Shown here: piece after piece, positions 51,565 to 64,000 of the stretch
Layout: the number at the start of each line of letters is the position of its first letter
Numbering within the stretch: the first letter of the stretch is position 1
DNA from: Geosiphon pyriformis uo1
Taxonomy: Eukaryota; Fungi; Glomeromycota
Direction: 5' to 3'
DNA: 64,000 bases
Assembly (NCBI GenBank): GCA_016748015.1
Contig: JAAOMT010000352.1
Span: 310,001 to 374,000 of the forward strand
Notes under the pieces: generated by a model
Databases searched by the model: none
Seen by the model: only the letters and a program-made list of their open reading frames with translations
What the model was told of the DNA's origin: nothing
Program-made: the position numbers and the translations under genes

Positions 51565-52963
51565 ATGAGTTCCTTGGAAGGGCATCAATCTGAACGAAAA
51601 ACCGATACTAAGGAAGCAGCCGCAAACTTTTGGCAAGGTTTTCAAAAGGAACGAGAAGGTTACGCCTTTAATGTTTTTCATTATCAAGAAAAGCTTATGA
51701 AAACTGTTCACATAGACCACATATTTGTTACACGATAAAATTAGCGATTCAACAAGCCCTCGCCTCACTCTATACCAAGCCAAAATCTTCAATTACTTTC
51801 ATTTGTGATAAAATATTGGAAAGAATCAATGACTTGGAAAAAAAGTTAACCGAGGCTACAATATACCTGCCGCCATATGATCAACGGCAATTGTCTTTGG
51901 TAAACTATAAAATTTATCTTTGATATTGCTTTTTGGAGGTGGGTTACTGCCTTTTTATGTATTAATCACTCGGTGATGAATCAAGCAAATAAAGTTTTTG
52001 ATTGACGAACTGAATACACAGCGAGCATCATTAGCCCCAAAGAGCAAATTTTCTTTCAAATCTCGAAAAACAAGTGGGATTTCTGGGGCTACTATTGCTA
52101 GTGGTAATATTCCCGAGACGAAGAAAAGTCAAGAGAAAACAGCAACTATAATCAAAGCCCCTGTTACTACCACCATAAATGCTACAACAGATCCTAACAT
52201 TCGAATAATAACATTGGATAATAGGCAGAATTCCTTACTTTTTATTAATTCTTATATACCATTATCAATGAAATTGGACGATGTTAAGAAAACTGGGGGA
52301 ATTTTAGATTTTCAACTTTCCAATTTATCAAATTGTATTGTAAATTTGGTGAGTCCCAAAGTGATTATTGGTGCCATACAAATCAAGGGATTAAAAAATA
52401 CTTTAGTGGTGGCTGGACCAGTTGCGAGCTCGATATTGATTCATGATTGTGAGCAGTGCGTATTTGTTGTTGGGTGTCATCAGGTAAATAAATTTTCTAA
52501 ATATACTTGAAATCAAATAAAATTTTTCATTCTATTTCATCTTATTTCATTCCAGTTTCGAATGCATGCCTCCAAAAAAATAACCATTTATTTACATGTG
52601 ACAAGTCATCCAATTATTGAAGATTGTCACGAAATTCAATTCGCTCCTTATACATTATTGCTTGATGGTTTGGAGAGTATGTTTAAGGTAAATGAGTGTG
52701 ATAAAAATGATTAAATTATTTCTTAAAAACTGAATTTGAAAAAATTTTAGGCTGCAAAACTGGACCCGAAAGTAAATAAATATGAAAAAGTGGAAGATTT
52801 TAATTGGCTCCGACAACAAGCTTCTCCCAATTGGAGTCTGGTCCCAGAGGAAAAATTACGTAAACAATGGCCAGCGTTGGTGGCTTCTGAAAATATTGAT
52901 CAAGAATCCAAGATAGTGACAGAAGACATTGTAGCTGAGATCCTCACAGACATTTTGGGGTGA
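51565..52963 (+). CDS. TBCC: Tubulin-specific chaperone C (tubulin-binding cofactor C, multi-exon)
   Basis: YLPPYDQRQ; LAPKSKFSFK; GPVASSILIHDCEQCVFVVGCHQ|FRMH; HPIIEDC; VEDFNWLRQQASPNW. Confidence 0.92.
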
Positions 52964-53297
52964 TATGTTTGAATTGGCTTTTTCAAAGGCTCTTTTTAAT
53001 TTTGGAGTCTTCTAGACAAAGCGATAAATATGTTTTATCATGCGACAACTTTATTACCTCTATAATTTTACAAACCAATATCAAATATTCGTTGACGGGC
53101 TTTCCTATTTCTAAACAAAAGTTGGACACTATGCTCTAATCTTTGACCCAATAAATTTGGGATCTATGCAGCCTCGATTAGGTGACCAAATAATACTCCA
53201 ATTCGGGAAATGCAAAAAAAAAAAAGATTGAAATATTGCTAATAAATCGAGACTAGACCTTTCCGCACTTCAAAATTCTCGAAAATTTTTATTTCCT

Positions 53298-55489
53298 ATG
53301 ACCTCCCTTAATGCTAAGACATATCCAGCAAACGTAGGGATATTAGCCCTCGAAATTTATTTCCCAAAAAGAGTAGGCAGCCCATTCTCAAGGACAAAAT
53401 GGATTCCTTCACAGTCTATTAAACTGATTCTGTTACTTACATTTAAACCCCAAGTGTGTCGTTCAAGCCGAACTCGAAAAACATGACGGGGTATCTACAG
53501 GAAAATATACTGTTGGCTTAGGACAAACAAAAATGGGTGTTTGTGATGATCGTGAAGGTGGTCTATTCTTTAAAAGAAAACCAATATTTTTTCTTATTTT
53601 TGAAAAAATTAAAATTTCAAAATCTCCATTACAATTATAGATATTAATTCCATCGCTTTGACAGGTGTGATCCTTTTAATAGGATGTTCTTTAATCAGTT
53701 CTACCTTATAAGCTAATAGCTAATAAAATCTTTACTATTTAAATGAATTGTAGCGGTACAAAATCTTGTTGAAAAATATAACATATCTTATAATGATATT
53801 GGTCGTGTGGAAGTTGGGACTGAAACAATTGGTAATTACTGTTATTTTAGCATCTCCGTTTTCTTCATTGGCCCTTTTTCAATTGTTTTATTTAGTTGAT
53901 AAATCGAAGGCTGTCAAAACTGTTTTGATGCAATTGTTCGCCGAATCTGGCAATACTGATGTCACAGGAATTGACACTACCAATGCCTGTTATGGAGGTA
54001 AATTAATTAGTGTTTATAAAAACATGAAGATCCTCATATATACAAATTTAATATTTCTCGATACCTTTGCTTCAGGTACGGCGGCTCTTTTTAATGCCGT
54101 CCACTGGATAGAGTCATCATGGTGGGATGGAAGATATGCACTTGTTGTTGCCGGAGATATTGCTGTATACGCGTCAGGACCGGCTCGTCCAACTGGTGGT
54201 GCTGGCTGTGTTGCATTACTTATTGGTGAAAATGCACCGATTTTATTTGAACGAGGTTATTTTCAATTTCATTTTAGAATCTCAAGGTTATTAGAAATTT
54301 GTGAGGTACTAGTTTAATAAATTTTCCAACTACATGACTCTCGAAATCTATATTAAAATTTCACGCAGGTCTTCGTGGAACCCATATGGAACATGTTTGG
54401 GATTTTTGTAAGATTCGCGTTAGCCTTATTCCGGTAAATTTTTGAGTTAATTGTTTAGTTAATGTGTGCATCTCATTTCACTTTGATTAGACAAGCCAGA
54501 TTTAAGCTCGGAATTTCCAGAGGTTGATGGGCATGTCAGTAATTCATGCTACCTGAAAGCACTAGATATTTGTTATAGTCGATATTGGGACAAACTCATC
54601 GCTAAAGTAATCCTTCATTTTCCTTATTAATCAAAATTATAATTTTGCTTCATCAGACAAATTAATTCCTTTTTGATTTTCTAGGGCCAATCTATTCTAC
54701 CAAAGCTTGATCATTTTGATTATATTCTATTTCACGCACCTTATTGTAAATTGGTTCAAAAGGCTTTTGGGCGTTTGTATTATAACGATTTTATTCGTCA
54801 TCCAGATCATGAAAAATATCAAAGTGTTTCGCAATATAAGGTAGACGCATTATTGGTAATTTTTCATCTCGATTTTTGCAAATAATTCTAATTTTAAGTA
54901 TTTCAGGACATCGAACCTGAGGTGTCTTTAAACTCAAAAGAACTTGAAAAGGCATTTGTTGCTCTTTCTGAAAGCGAATATACTAAAATGGTATTACCTA
55001 CATTACTACTTGCCACTCAAAATGGTAATATGTATACTGCCTCTTTATATGGCGCTCTTATATCGCTTTTGGCTACCGTGCCTTCTGATGATCTGGTTTG
55101 TATTATAAAATTTACCTATTATTTTATGCTCCAATAGTTACTGAAATCACACTATTCTTTAGATAGGAAAGCGTGTTGGGCTTTTTTCTTATGGATCAGG
55201 CTTGGCCGCAACATTTTTTTCTTTACAAATTATATCACCCATCACAAACATTGTTGAGCAACTTGATCTTCACAATCGCCTTGACTTGCGCGTTGAGTTA
55301 ACACCCGAACAATTTCAAGAAATAATGCGTTTGAGAGAGATGACTCATTCCAAAAAGGATTTCTCTCCGGTGGGTGACGGAACCCCTTTAAATGAAGCCT
55401 TCTTCGAGGGCTCCTACTATCTCGATCATATTGATGACAAATGGCGGCGTTCTTACAAACGAACGGGCAAAACTGTTATCGCCAGCTAA
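53298..55489 (+). CDS. ERG13: Hydroxymethylglutaryl-CoA synthase (multi-exon, includes a 24-nt exon at 53641-53664)
   Basis: [12 protein letters not shown]; GKYTVGLGQ; EVGTETI; catalytic NACYGGT; ARPTGGAG; [11 protein letters not shown]; [10 protein letters not shown]; FSYGSG. Confidence 0.96.
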
Positions 55490-55804
55490 GGGTAATATAC
55501 ATTTTTTTAAATTTAACCCAATTTTGAGGTTAGACGTTAAATAATGTTACGATATTATGTATTATATTTATCCCTCGAAATTTATCAAGAGGCCATTTGT
55601 ATAAAAAAGCTTCATTCGACCCAAAATTCCCAACCCCGATATTCACACTATCCTCGACAAGCAACCATTTGGGATCTTGAAAATACAATCAATTTTTTCG
55701 TTCTTTCGTTATATGAATAGGACAATCTAATTATTGTCAATGAATTTTGGCCAATGAAAATTCTATTTAACAAATTTTATAAATTGAAATACAATTACAA
55801 TAAA

Positions 55805-58687
55805 TTAACCAAAACCGTTTGTCTGAACTGGCATATCGAGAACTTTACGGCTCAAGGCCTTCCAATTTTCGTAAAGTTGTTGTGAAAATTTAAGTTGTTC
55901 TTGGGCAAAATTTTGATAAAGGAGTGAAATAAACATGGAACTTTTATGATATAATGATAGTTCGGCGTTTAAGCAATGGCGAACAAAGATTCTTCGTTTT
56001 TGTTGAAGATCAATATCTTCCTTATCCTTAAACCGTAGGAAGGTGCATGATAATGAAAAAATGATGTTGGCATGATTGTTCAAATGTCGAATGGGAAAAG
56101 ACCATTTGTGAAAATACCTTTTGTATGGCAGCTGATAATTTATCGACATCTTCCTTCCCTGATAAAGGCAATTTTGCCTCATTAGATGCTATTCGAGTGT
56201 TTAAGGTTGCAGTGGTATCCGTGGCGATCCTATCTCTTCTTTCTAACGTTTCCTAAAGGTAATGAATAAGAAATTTATAGCATTTAAAAAACCTTATGAA
56301 ACAAGAGTGCCATATCTTACCCGAAATGAAACTAATAAATCTCGGTGTCGTTTCAAATTCTCCAATACGTTTTCAAGAGTTGAAACAGCCTATATGACGG
56401 TTCAATTAATTATTGTGCGCGCGTTGTCCATCAAAAACTTGAATTAGTTTGTGTTTGCATACTTCTTCCTCTATAATTGCGCTAGCCCTTTGAACATGAG
56501 TAGAAACCTCTGTTAAACCGCTCACAACTTGTGAACAATTCGAGCCATCTTCGATGTCACATCCCTTTTCACTTTCAATCAACGAGCTAAGTTAAAAGAA
56601 AATTTGAAATGATTCAATATGGTATATTTAAACTATTTTGAATATATTGGAACTTACTTTAGTGCAAGTCCATAGCGCATATAATCAGTTGAGGTGCCTT
56701 ATTGTATTGTTAGATCAGTTTGGAAATGAGGATATCGAAAAAATTGTTAGGCGTGATTTAAGAACAATGATAATATACCTTCACGTCTGCGAGCAATTCG
56801 TTCCATTATATGGCACATGTTACGATAATGTTCGATAGCGCCAGTCAATTGAATTTTTAAAATTTTAAGCCTTTCATCCAAGTCATGAGGTATACGCCTT
56901 TCTATCTCAATTGGAATATGCTTCTTTAGGAATTCTTCCTCCAAATCGGGTGTATTTGTTTTACGCCATAAAGCTATTTCCTAGTTTTTGTCAACTTCAA
57001 ATAAACATTAATTGACACGGGATAAAAGATTAAAGGTGGTTTTTGGTAGAAAGGAATATCGTACTTGTTGCTCGGTTAAAAACATTGAAAATAGCTCATC
57101 ATCTTTTAAAACAGGATGCCTCGCGATAAAATTCAAAAAACGCGTAAGTCCTTTTCGGCGTTTCTCAAGAAATGATTCGTCGACTGTGAAATAAAATCCG
57201 TTGACTATTTTAGGATGAATTTTCATGTAGATGTTAACGTGCAGATTTGCAAAATAAACTGGTTACTGGAATATATGAAAATTTTACCGCCAATTTTTTT
57301 CGGCGGTAAGGAAGGTAAAATTCGAAACGGGTACTTTTTTACGAGACATTCCATCAACCACCAGAAATCGCTATAGCGCCTCAGAGCTTTTACACCATGT
57401 ACCTTTCAATAATGGTTTTTTGATTTTATAAAGAAGTAATTGTTTGATAAAAAAGAAAGCTGAAATATAAACTTATTTACCTGTGATTCTACTATATAAT
57501 TGACATGTTTGAAAAGGAAACCTTCTCTTTCAGGTGCAAATTTTACAGATATTGAATCCATATCTAGGCACCATTGAAATTCTCCCTTGTGTGCATAACT
57601 TCCTTTAAAAGTTATCTCTGTAGCAGCACTACTAGATTCCGGATATGGGGTAGTTTCATCTGAGATTCTCAAAGTTGGGACCGATGGTATTGGATTGGTT
57701 GATATTGATGTTGATGTTGAAGGCATAGCCCAAGGATCGGCTTCGAGTGGTGCTGAAGTAGGTGGTGAGATGGAAGGGACAGCAAGATTCCCGAAACTCG
57801 CTGACCGAAAATTAATGTTTTCCAAATTTGGAAGTATAGGTTCTGGTAAGTCTACATAAATAAAAGAATTTAAAAAGTGTATATTTTTAATTCAAAGCGT
57901 CCAACAGTTTAAAAATTTAAGAGATAGATTAGTTCAAGTAATTTTACCTTCTTTCCGCGATATTAGATTTTCGATAGACACATCTATAAATGAATATTTC
58001 ATTGTTTGTTAGATATTTTTAATGCCTGGAACAGAAAAGGAAATGGTTTAATAAGAGCATCAGGTCTTAATGAATGTGTACCCATATGCTTTTGGGCTAA
58101 TGCGACCAAGGCTAGAGCGGTATTAAATTCCCCTTGATTTACCCTTGTACTACTGGGTACGGTGAGATTCACTATCTGGGATAGTTATGATATCATCAAG
58201 CATATCCGATTAGAATTGAAAGTCAAAATGATACATAATAAATAATAAAAGACGTTCACCTTTTCTACTATATTATGTGGTTGCCCACTCACACCCAAAA
58301 TTTTATTTAAAGCAGAAATTGGGATCCTTCCAGCACTCGGGTGAGCAAGATTGAAAGCAGTTGAATATATTTCAGGTAAAACCACGTCGGCTATTCAAGC
58401 AATAACATTAAGTGAGGCAACTTTGAAAAAGTACAGGCTAGAAAAAAATTGAGGAAGTAGGGTTTTCGAGATAAAAAGCGAGGAATAAGGAATCTCACAC
58501 CTAAGATGTTGGAAGTTTCTGCCCCCTTAAGGGTTGAAGGTGGATCCCAAGGGTTTCCAATATTAAGGTTATCAACAAGAAAAGATCCCGATAAAGGAGG
58601 GTTAACATCAACAAGGTCGTTAACCGAGGTTGGCGTCGTTGTTCCAAAAAATGAAGTGGACAATTCGTCGTCGTCCATAATATCCAT
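55805..58687 (-). CDS. MVP1: Sorting nexin Mvp1/SNX8 (EH-like N-terminus, PX, BAR; multi-exon)
   Basis: [14 protein letters not shown]; [25 protein letters not shown]; [22 protein letters not shown]; helical C-terminus. Confidence 0.9.
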
Positions 58688-59832
58688 TTGAAAAATTAGT
58701 CTCTTTCGATAGGTTATTAGTAGTTCGACTAGACAATTCCCACCGTCAAAAAAGATAACTAATAAAAGTTTTATTTGTAGTCATTTGAAAACATGATATT
58801 TAAAATTGTATAATTTTATAAAATTACTGTCGTACAATTCGGTTATCTTTCTGAATACTGCTAGTAATGTGAGAAGGGTAAAGACTTACGTTAGTAAGAT
58901 GAATTACCCCTTCCCCTTGCTTGTGTTGCTACAGGTTTTACGAATTATCAACTATGTAGTGACAGTAGATTCTGCAGTTTTCTTTGAGACCTCCCATAAC
59001 TTCCAAAAGTAGTATCGAGAACAGGATTGGCATTGAATCAAAAATTTTTGTCCCAAAAAAATATTTTGTGATGATATCATTGAGGAAAAGGGTTCTTGCT
59101 GCATACCTATAGTCCTGCCAGCTACAAGAAACAAACAAAATCAGTTTATTATTGTGCACTGCATGCATTTGATGTTAAATGAGCTTGAAAATGTAACTTT
59201 TGCTGGGATAGATGGAAATTTTGAAATAGAAACTTGTGATTATTCCATGATTTCTTTGTTTTCAATTTTGCGATGCTCCAAATTCAAAAAATTTCTATTC
59301 GAAATTCTCATGCAAATGTGCCATTAATGGACTTTTCGAGGCTTATTAATTTTAAAAAAGTGATCTGTTTTCCTTGCATTACCCATTTATTGACGGTTTA
59401 TGTGTTCAGTAACTATTTAATTCGTAAACAAAAGAAACTTCTCAAATTTTGACTTGGTATTGGGGTAAACCTGAATAAAATCTATAATGACGATCACCTT
59501 GAATGTCAGAAAATCACTTAAATTTTATTTACATTGCCTAAAACTATTCATAATTCAAATTTAAGCCTTCATTAGCATTTATAACTCTACTTATCCGTGA
59601 AGAAATCAGTTCTTAAGATCTTGAAAAAAACTCATCTATATCAAAAAGTATGCAAAAGCTCACTTGTCAATCGTTATCATTCATTAATATATACATGGTA
59701 AATATCAACATGCGTGATGTTAAAGTTTGGAAAGGAATATTGACCAATAATAAAATTTTGCATACTTCATTTTACATTCTAACCAGGATCCTTGTTTCAA
59801 TGTATGATTCCCAGGCTGGCTTTTTTTCTTTC

Positions 59833-62413
59833 TTAAATATAAAATCCTTCAGGGTTACTAAGGAATGTCTGATCGCCGCCATAATTGATTCTTGGGGGTG
59901 TAGCGATAATCGGAGAATGAACTGCTTGTTGTACAGTATTTATCTGACTCCCAACACCATTAATTTCATTAATGTTCGAATTATTATTGTGATTTGTCCG
60001 TCGTGGACTATTATATGATAATTATCCAAATATAAAAAATTTGTTATTTTTGATTTTGATGAAATTTTACAATTTCTTTTAATTATTCAAATCATAACAG
60101 TTTTTAATACCTTGTAGGATCTACCACCACCTGATGCTTCTTCAAATAATTATTAGAAAAAAGAATTATGATTAATCAACATAAATTTTGTCTTGAATTA
60201 AATATATTGAGTTTATATTATATTTTTATTTACCTCGCTTGCTCCTCCTCCTCCTCCTCCTCCTCCTCCTCCTTCTACTACTGGTTTATCAATTCGTACG
60301 TACCAGCTAGGTGCCCATCCACGTACTCCATTAATTTCACAAAACAACCAATAATTTTCCATTTTATAAATTCGAAGATGATCTTCCTTTTTCATACTAA
60401 CTTCACCCACTCCCCTTCTAGGATAATCAACTAATGCAACACCTCTACCAACAAATGGACTATCACCATCCATCATATCACCTCCATTAACACTAGTTTC
60501 CAATAAACAATTTTGAGGTACCCAACCTTCTTGTCCATCTTTTACCACATAACACCAATCTCCAGATTTTCGTATAATATTAAAAACATCTCCAACAAAA
60601 ATTTGTAATTCATCTTCAAGTGATGGTGTATATGGATAGATTGCGACCGCTGTAACATTTCCTTCAACGACTGTCACCTCCATTTGATCATCTTCCATAA
60701 TATCTCCATATAATCCTGATGACCGAGCTGAGATCGAAGTCCCAGTTCCCGATCCTTCATGTGGTGCCGGTGGTAATTCTTTATTTAAAAGTGTTGTTCT
60801 TCTTTTGGCTTTAATCGCTTTCAAAGAGTTGATAATTTCTTGTGCTGTTGCAAAAGGAGATTTAATCTCCTTGATATTTTTCAACATGAAAACAGGATTT
60901 AAATTCTGTTCCTTCAATTTTTGAAATAATAATAAAGGTTTTTCTTCGTAGCTTAAACATTTTTCTAAAAAAAATCCAAAAAGTAAATTTTTTAAAAGAA
61001 TTCAAAATTAAAGCCTATATTTAAGCCACACAATACCTTCTTTTCCATAGCAAATAAATAATGCAAACTGTCGCCAATCATCAGTGAGTTTATATTTTTT
61101 TAAAGCTGCCAGTAAAACTTTATAGCAAGGGTCTTCGATTGATACACGAAAGGCTTTAAAGGTTTCTCCTTCTCGTCCCGTGTTTTGATTTCCCATAAAT
61201 TTGATGGCACCTGAATGATCGTTTAGTGTAATTTGAGATCCAAGGGTGCTAGTAGAACTATTTTTTGACTTTAAAAATAATTTTATTGATCAGTTTCATC
61301 TTTTATAGCAAAAAATATTAACCTTAAAATACCTCGGTAAAGTATTCATTATTATGTTGACGATTACGAGTCACTCCACCATCACGCGGTGAACGTGGAG
61401 AAGGTGGAGCACTTATGCCTTCATTTTGATAGGTGGTAGTGGGAGATCTCGAGTAGCTTGAAACGTTGGTGCCAGGGACTTGAACGGAAAGATTTCTCGA
61501 AGGATTTGTAAGTTTAGCTTTACCATTTTGCCAATCAGGATCCGGCAGCGGCTACGAAGTGGATAATTCGGGCGAGTTAGCCTAAGATCTTTTAAGCAAT
61601 ACCTCTTATCAGTATAACTTTAATATTGAAATTTAGAAACAAAATTGAAAAAACCTTATTTTCTTTAGCTACAAATTTGAAAACAGGTTGTAGGTCTTCG
61701 CGTAATTTTGCTAGATCATTTGTGAGTTTATTTACTTCTCTTCTTAACTGGGCTATCACTGCATCTGATGGTTGAATAAAAGTATTAAAAGAGAAAAAAC
61801 CAATCCGTAAAAAATCATCTTGGAAATTACTTACCCCTTTCTAACAAAGCGTTTTCAAATTTACGAAGGTCAGGAACTCCATTAACCATATTCATTTCCT
61901 AGTTTGAAGATCGGTCAAAAATGAAGGAAAACAGCTGGAGTTTATATCAAAATAATGGTGCAAGAGAAATTGCAATTACATTTTCAAATTCCTCAGCTAG
62001 AATAAAATTCGACAAGAATTGATTATTATCAATTGGAGCGTAATAAAATAACACTGGCTTTGAAAAATTTGAAAACACTCACAAGGTGGCACATAGTCTC
62101 CTAATTCGACAGGGACGTTGTGTTGAAGTTTAAGCTTGTAGATTGCTTTCAATATCGATACTCTTTGCCCCACAGATCGAACCCCAATGTCTTTAAGTGC
62201 TTCGTGGTCAAGTCGTACCAGTATTGCTCCGCTGATGCCGTTTTCTAAGAGTTAAAGTAGTGGATTAATTAGAATTTTCAGCGGAAAAAAACCTCAAAAA
62301 GTTTTATTCAAACCTTTTATCTGAGACTCGTAGGAAGGATAACCGATGGTCGCAAGCCATGTGTGTACTTTATTGACATCCCAATCGTTTACAGACTCCT
62401 GTATTCGCTCCAT
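59833..62413 (-). CDS. STE50: Ste50/Ubc2-type MAPK adaptor (SAM, coiled coil, RA, two SH3; multi-exon)
   Basis: SAM WDVNKVHTWL...LDHEALKDIGVRSVGQR; RA FKAFRVSIEDPCYKVLLAALKKY; SH3 AIYPY..DEL..GWVP and ALVDY..GWAPSWYV. The 3' exons (60112-60131 and the last exon ending at 59833) are inferred from splice signals. Confidence 0.85.
60243..60272 (-). repeat. (GGA)10 coding microsatellite, poly-Gly
   Basis: TCC x10 on the + strand; G10 after the second SH3. Confidence 0.95.
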
Positions 62414-62637
62414 GTAAGAATTGGGTGGATGGAAGAGTGAACTAGAGGTGAGTTTCGACAGTTAATTAGAAAATCATAATATAAGCGACCTGCGGCTATT
62501 GAGAAACCCCTGAATACAATCCTGGTAACAATGTTTGTTGGCTTTGAAAACCGGGATCACAGAAGTCTCCAGTAATTGGTTAAATCTTACTGTATATAAA
62601 TTTTTTATTATAAAACTTTTAATCTTTTCTTTTCTAC

Positions 62638-64000
62638 GTGTCTACCCTTGACTTTTCCCAAACAGATACAACAATGGAATTCTTTAGAAAGTCTGCTGTT
62701 GATGACTGGATTTGCCAAGGAAATTTTGGATTGGATAACAGCCATAAATGGTGCTTATCAAGTGGTAAGATAGTTGAGGATGCCATGTATGAGTTCGGGT
62801 GTCCATGCACACATGAACAGTAAGTCATATCATTGATTATATGGTATGCTCGTTTCAAATATTATGGGCATTTCTCATATTTTATTTTATAAGCTTATGT
62901 CACAGCTTTGTGCTGGATCCCCAAGACACCACCTATGAGATTGAAGGCATCTTCACAAAGGCTGAGTTATGAGATCTTCGCGTACAAGAAATGTGACTTA
63001 CCGAACATGCCTTCAGATCTTCCAGAATACTTAATGACATTCGCGAAGGTATGTACTTATGAATTTAATTTACGTGGTAAATCCTCCGTATTTCTTATGC
63101 TAATTAACGATAAACAGAGCACCATCCACGAGCTTCGGCGGCCTTGGAGACGCCAATAGGATCAGCCGACGGTTTCTTTCTTCGTGAGGTGCATCATGAC
63201 TTCGATTGGTTGCATCAAGCGATCCATTCTCTGTGAGTAACAATGAATAAGATCAGATCTGCATCTTCAATTCTTGACATTTGAATACTGCTTGTTACCA
63301 ACCATAGTGTACGGGAATACGAGAGTGGCGCCTTGAATGATGATCACCATGAGCAATGGTTCAATGTGCACGTTTGGGATCCAATCGTCGACCAGTGTTT
63401 TTCGGAGGCCAAAAAGGAGATATAATCTTACGAACAACAGAGTTTAGAGGCGCTGAGGCAGGAAGGTTTTACAAGTCAGAACAGGGGACGAAGTGGATGG
63501 TAGAGAGTAGCCTCAAACTCCCCAAAATGCTGAAAGACATGTTGATGCAGTTGGGGAGCGAGGTTGGCTGGTCGTGCGCAATTCTTCGGGAGTTGAAAAC
63601 AGTCGGATTTATACATGGTGGTAAGCTCTTTAACAGTGGCTACGATTACTGTTTTTTTTTGTCTGTTTACATAAGTTCTACCTTATCCTAAGGTCGTAAC
63701 CAGATGGTAGTAGAATTAGATTGCCCAAAGGGATATGTCTGTCGTGTGCGCTGAGGGAACATCTACAAAGTTGCGAACAGTGCGATCAGGCACATGAATC
63801 AGACGTTACCACTGTTGGCTGTTACGTGGAAAGTGAAGGTATTTCTATGTGAAATAGTCATGTCTATGTTGATGCCATTACTTTATAACATAGGCTTGGA
63901 ATGTTCCAACAGGCGGCTGTCAAGGAATGTATCCAGAAGGTGTTAATGCATGTTAGCAATGAAGAAGCTACAGGTGAAGTTCTCAAGTTAGCGATGAATG
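62638..64000 (+). pseudogene. Intron-containing pseudogene of a Mucoromycota-type expanded family with a putative PD-(D/E)XK-like nuclease fold
   Basis: KW.LSSGK.VED; LCHSFVLDP; EQWF..HVW; KGDIILR..EF.GAEAG; LKLPKMLKDML; LDCPKGYVCR. Frameshifts at ~62968, ~63138 and ~63400; in-frame TGA at ~63752. Confidence 0.6.

Noticed and set aside
58800-59830. Short ORFs between MVP1 and STE50
   Set aside because: No recognisable motifs or consistent exon structure; likely promoter or UTR.

Overview
Eukaryotic, AT-rich fungal DNA with short GT-AG introns. Gene and TE content looks Glomeromycotina-like and recalls Geosiphon pyriformis, but that assignment is from memory and unverified. Bases 1 to ~48,800 are a graveyard of nested, C>T/G>A-eroded transposons. 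It holds three Ty3/Gypsy LTR families (here called A, B and C), three solo B LTRs and an ORF1-only LINE-like element, with nesting six layers deep. LTR ends, 4-bp TSDs, PBS and PPT can be placed to the base. Bases ~48,950-64,000 are an intact gene block: eIF3d, tubulin cofactor C, HMG-CoA synthase, Mvp1/SNX8, a Ste50/Ubc2 adaptor and a nuclease-like pseudogene. The most striking signal is an architecture shared by all three Gypsy families. Pol stops right after RNase H, and integrase is a separate ORF with its own start in another frame. A homologous ~210-aa non-env third ORF follows it, and each family's U3 carries its own array of palindromic motifs just upstream of the TATA box. Families B and C also carry a Cys-rich domain and a dUTPase between protease and RT.
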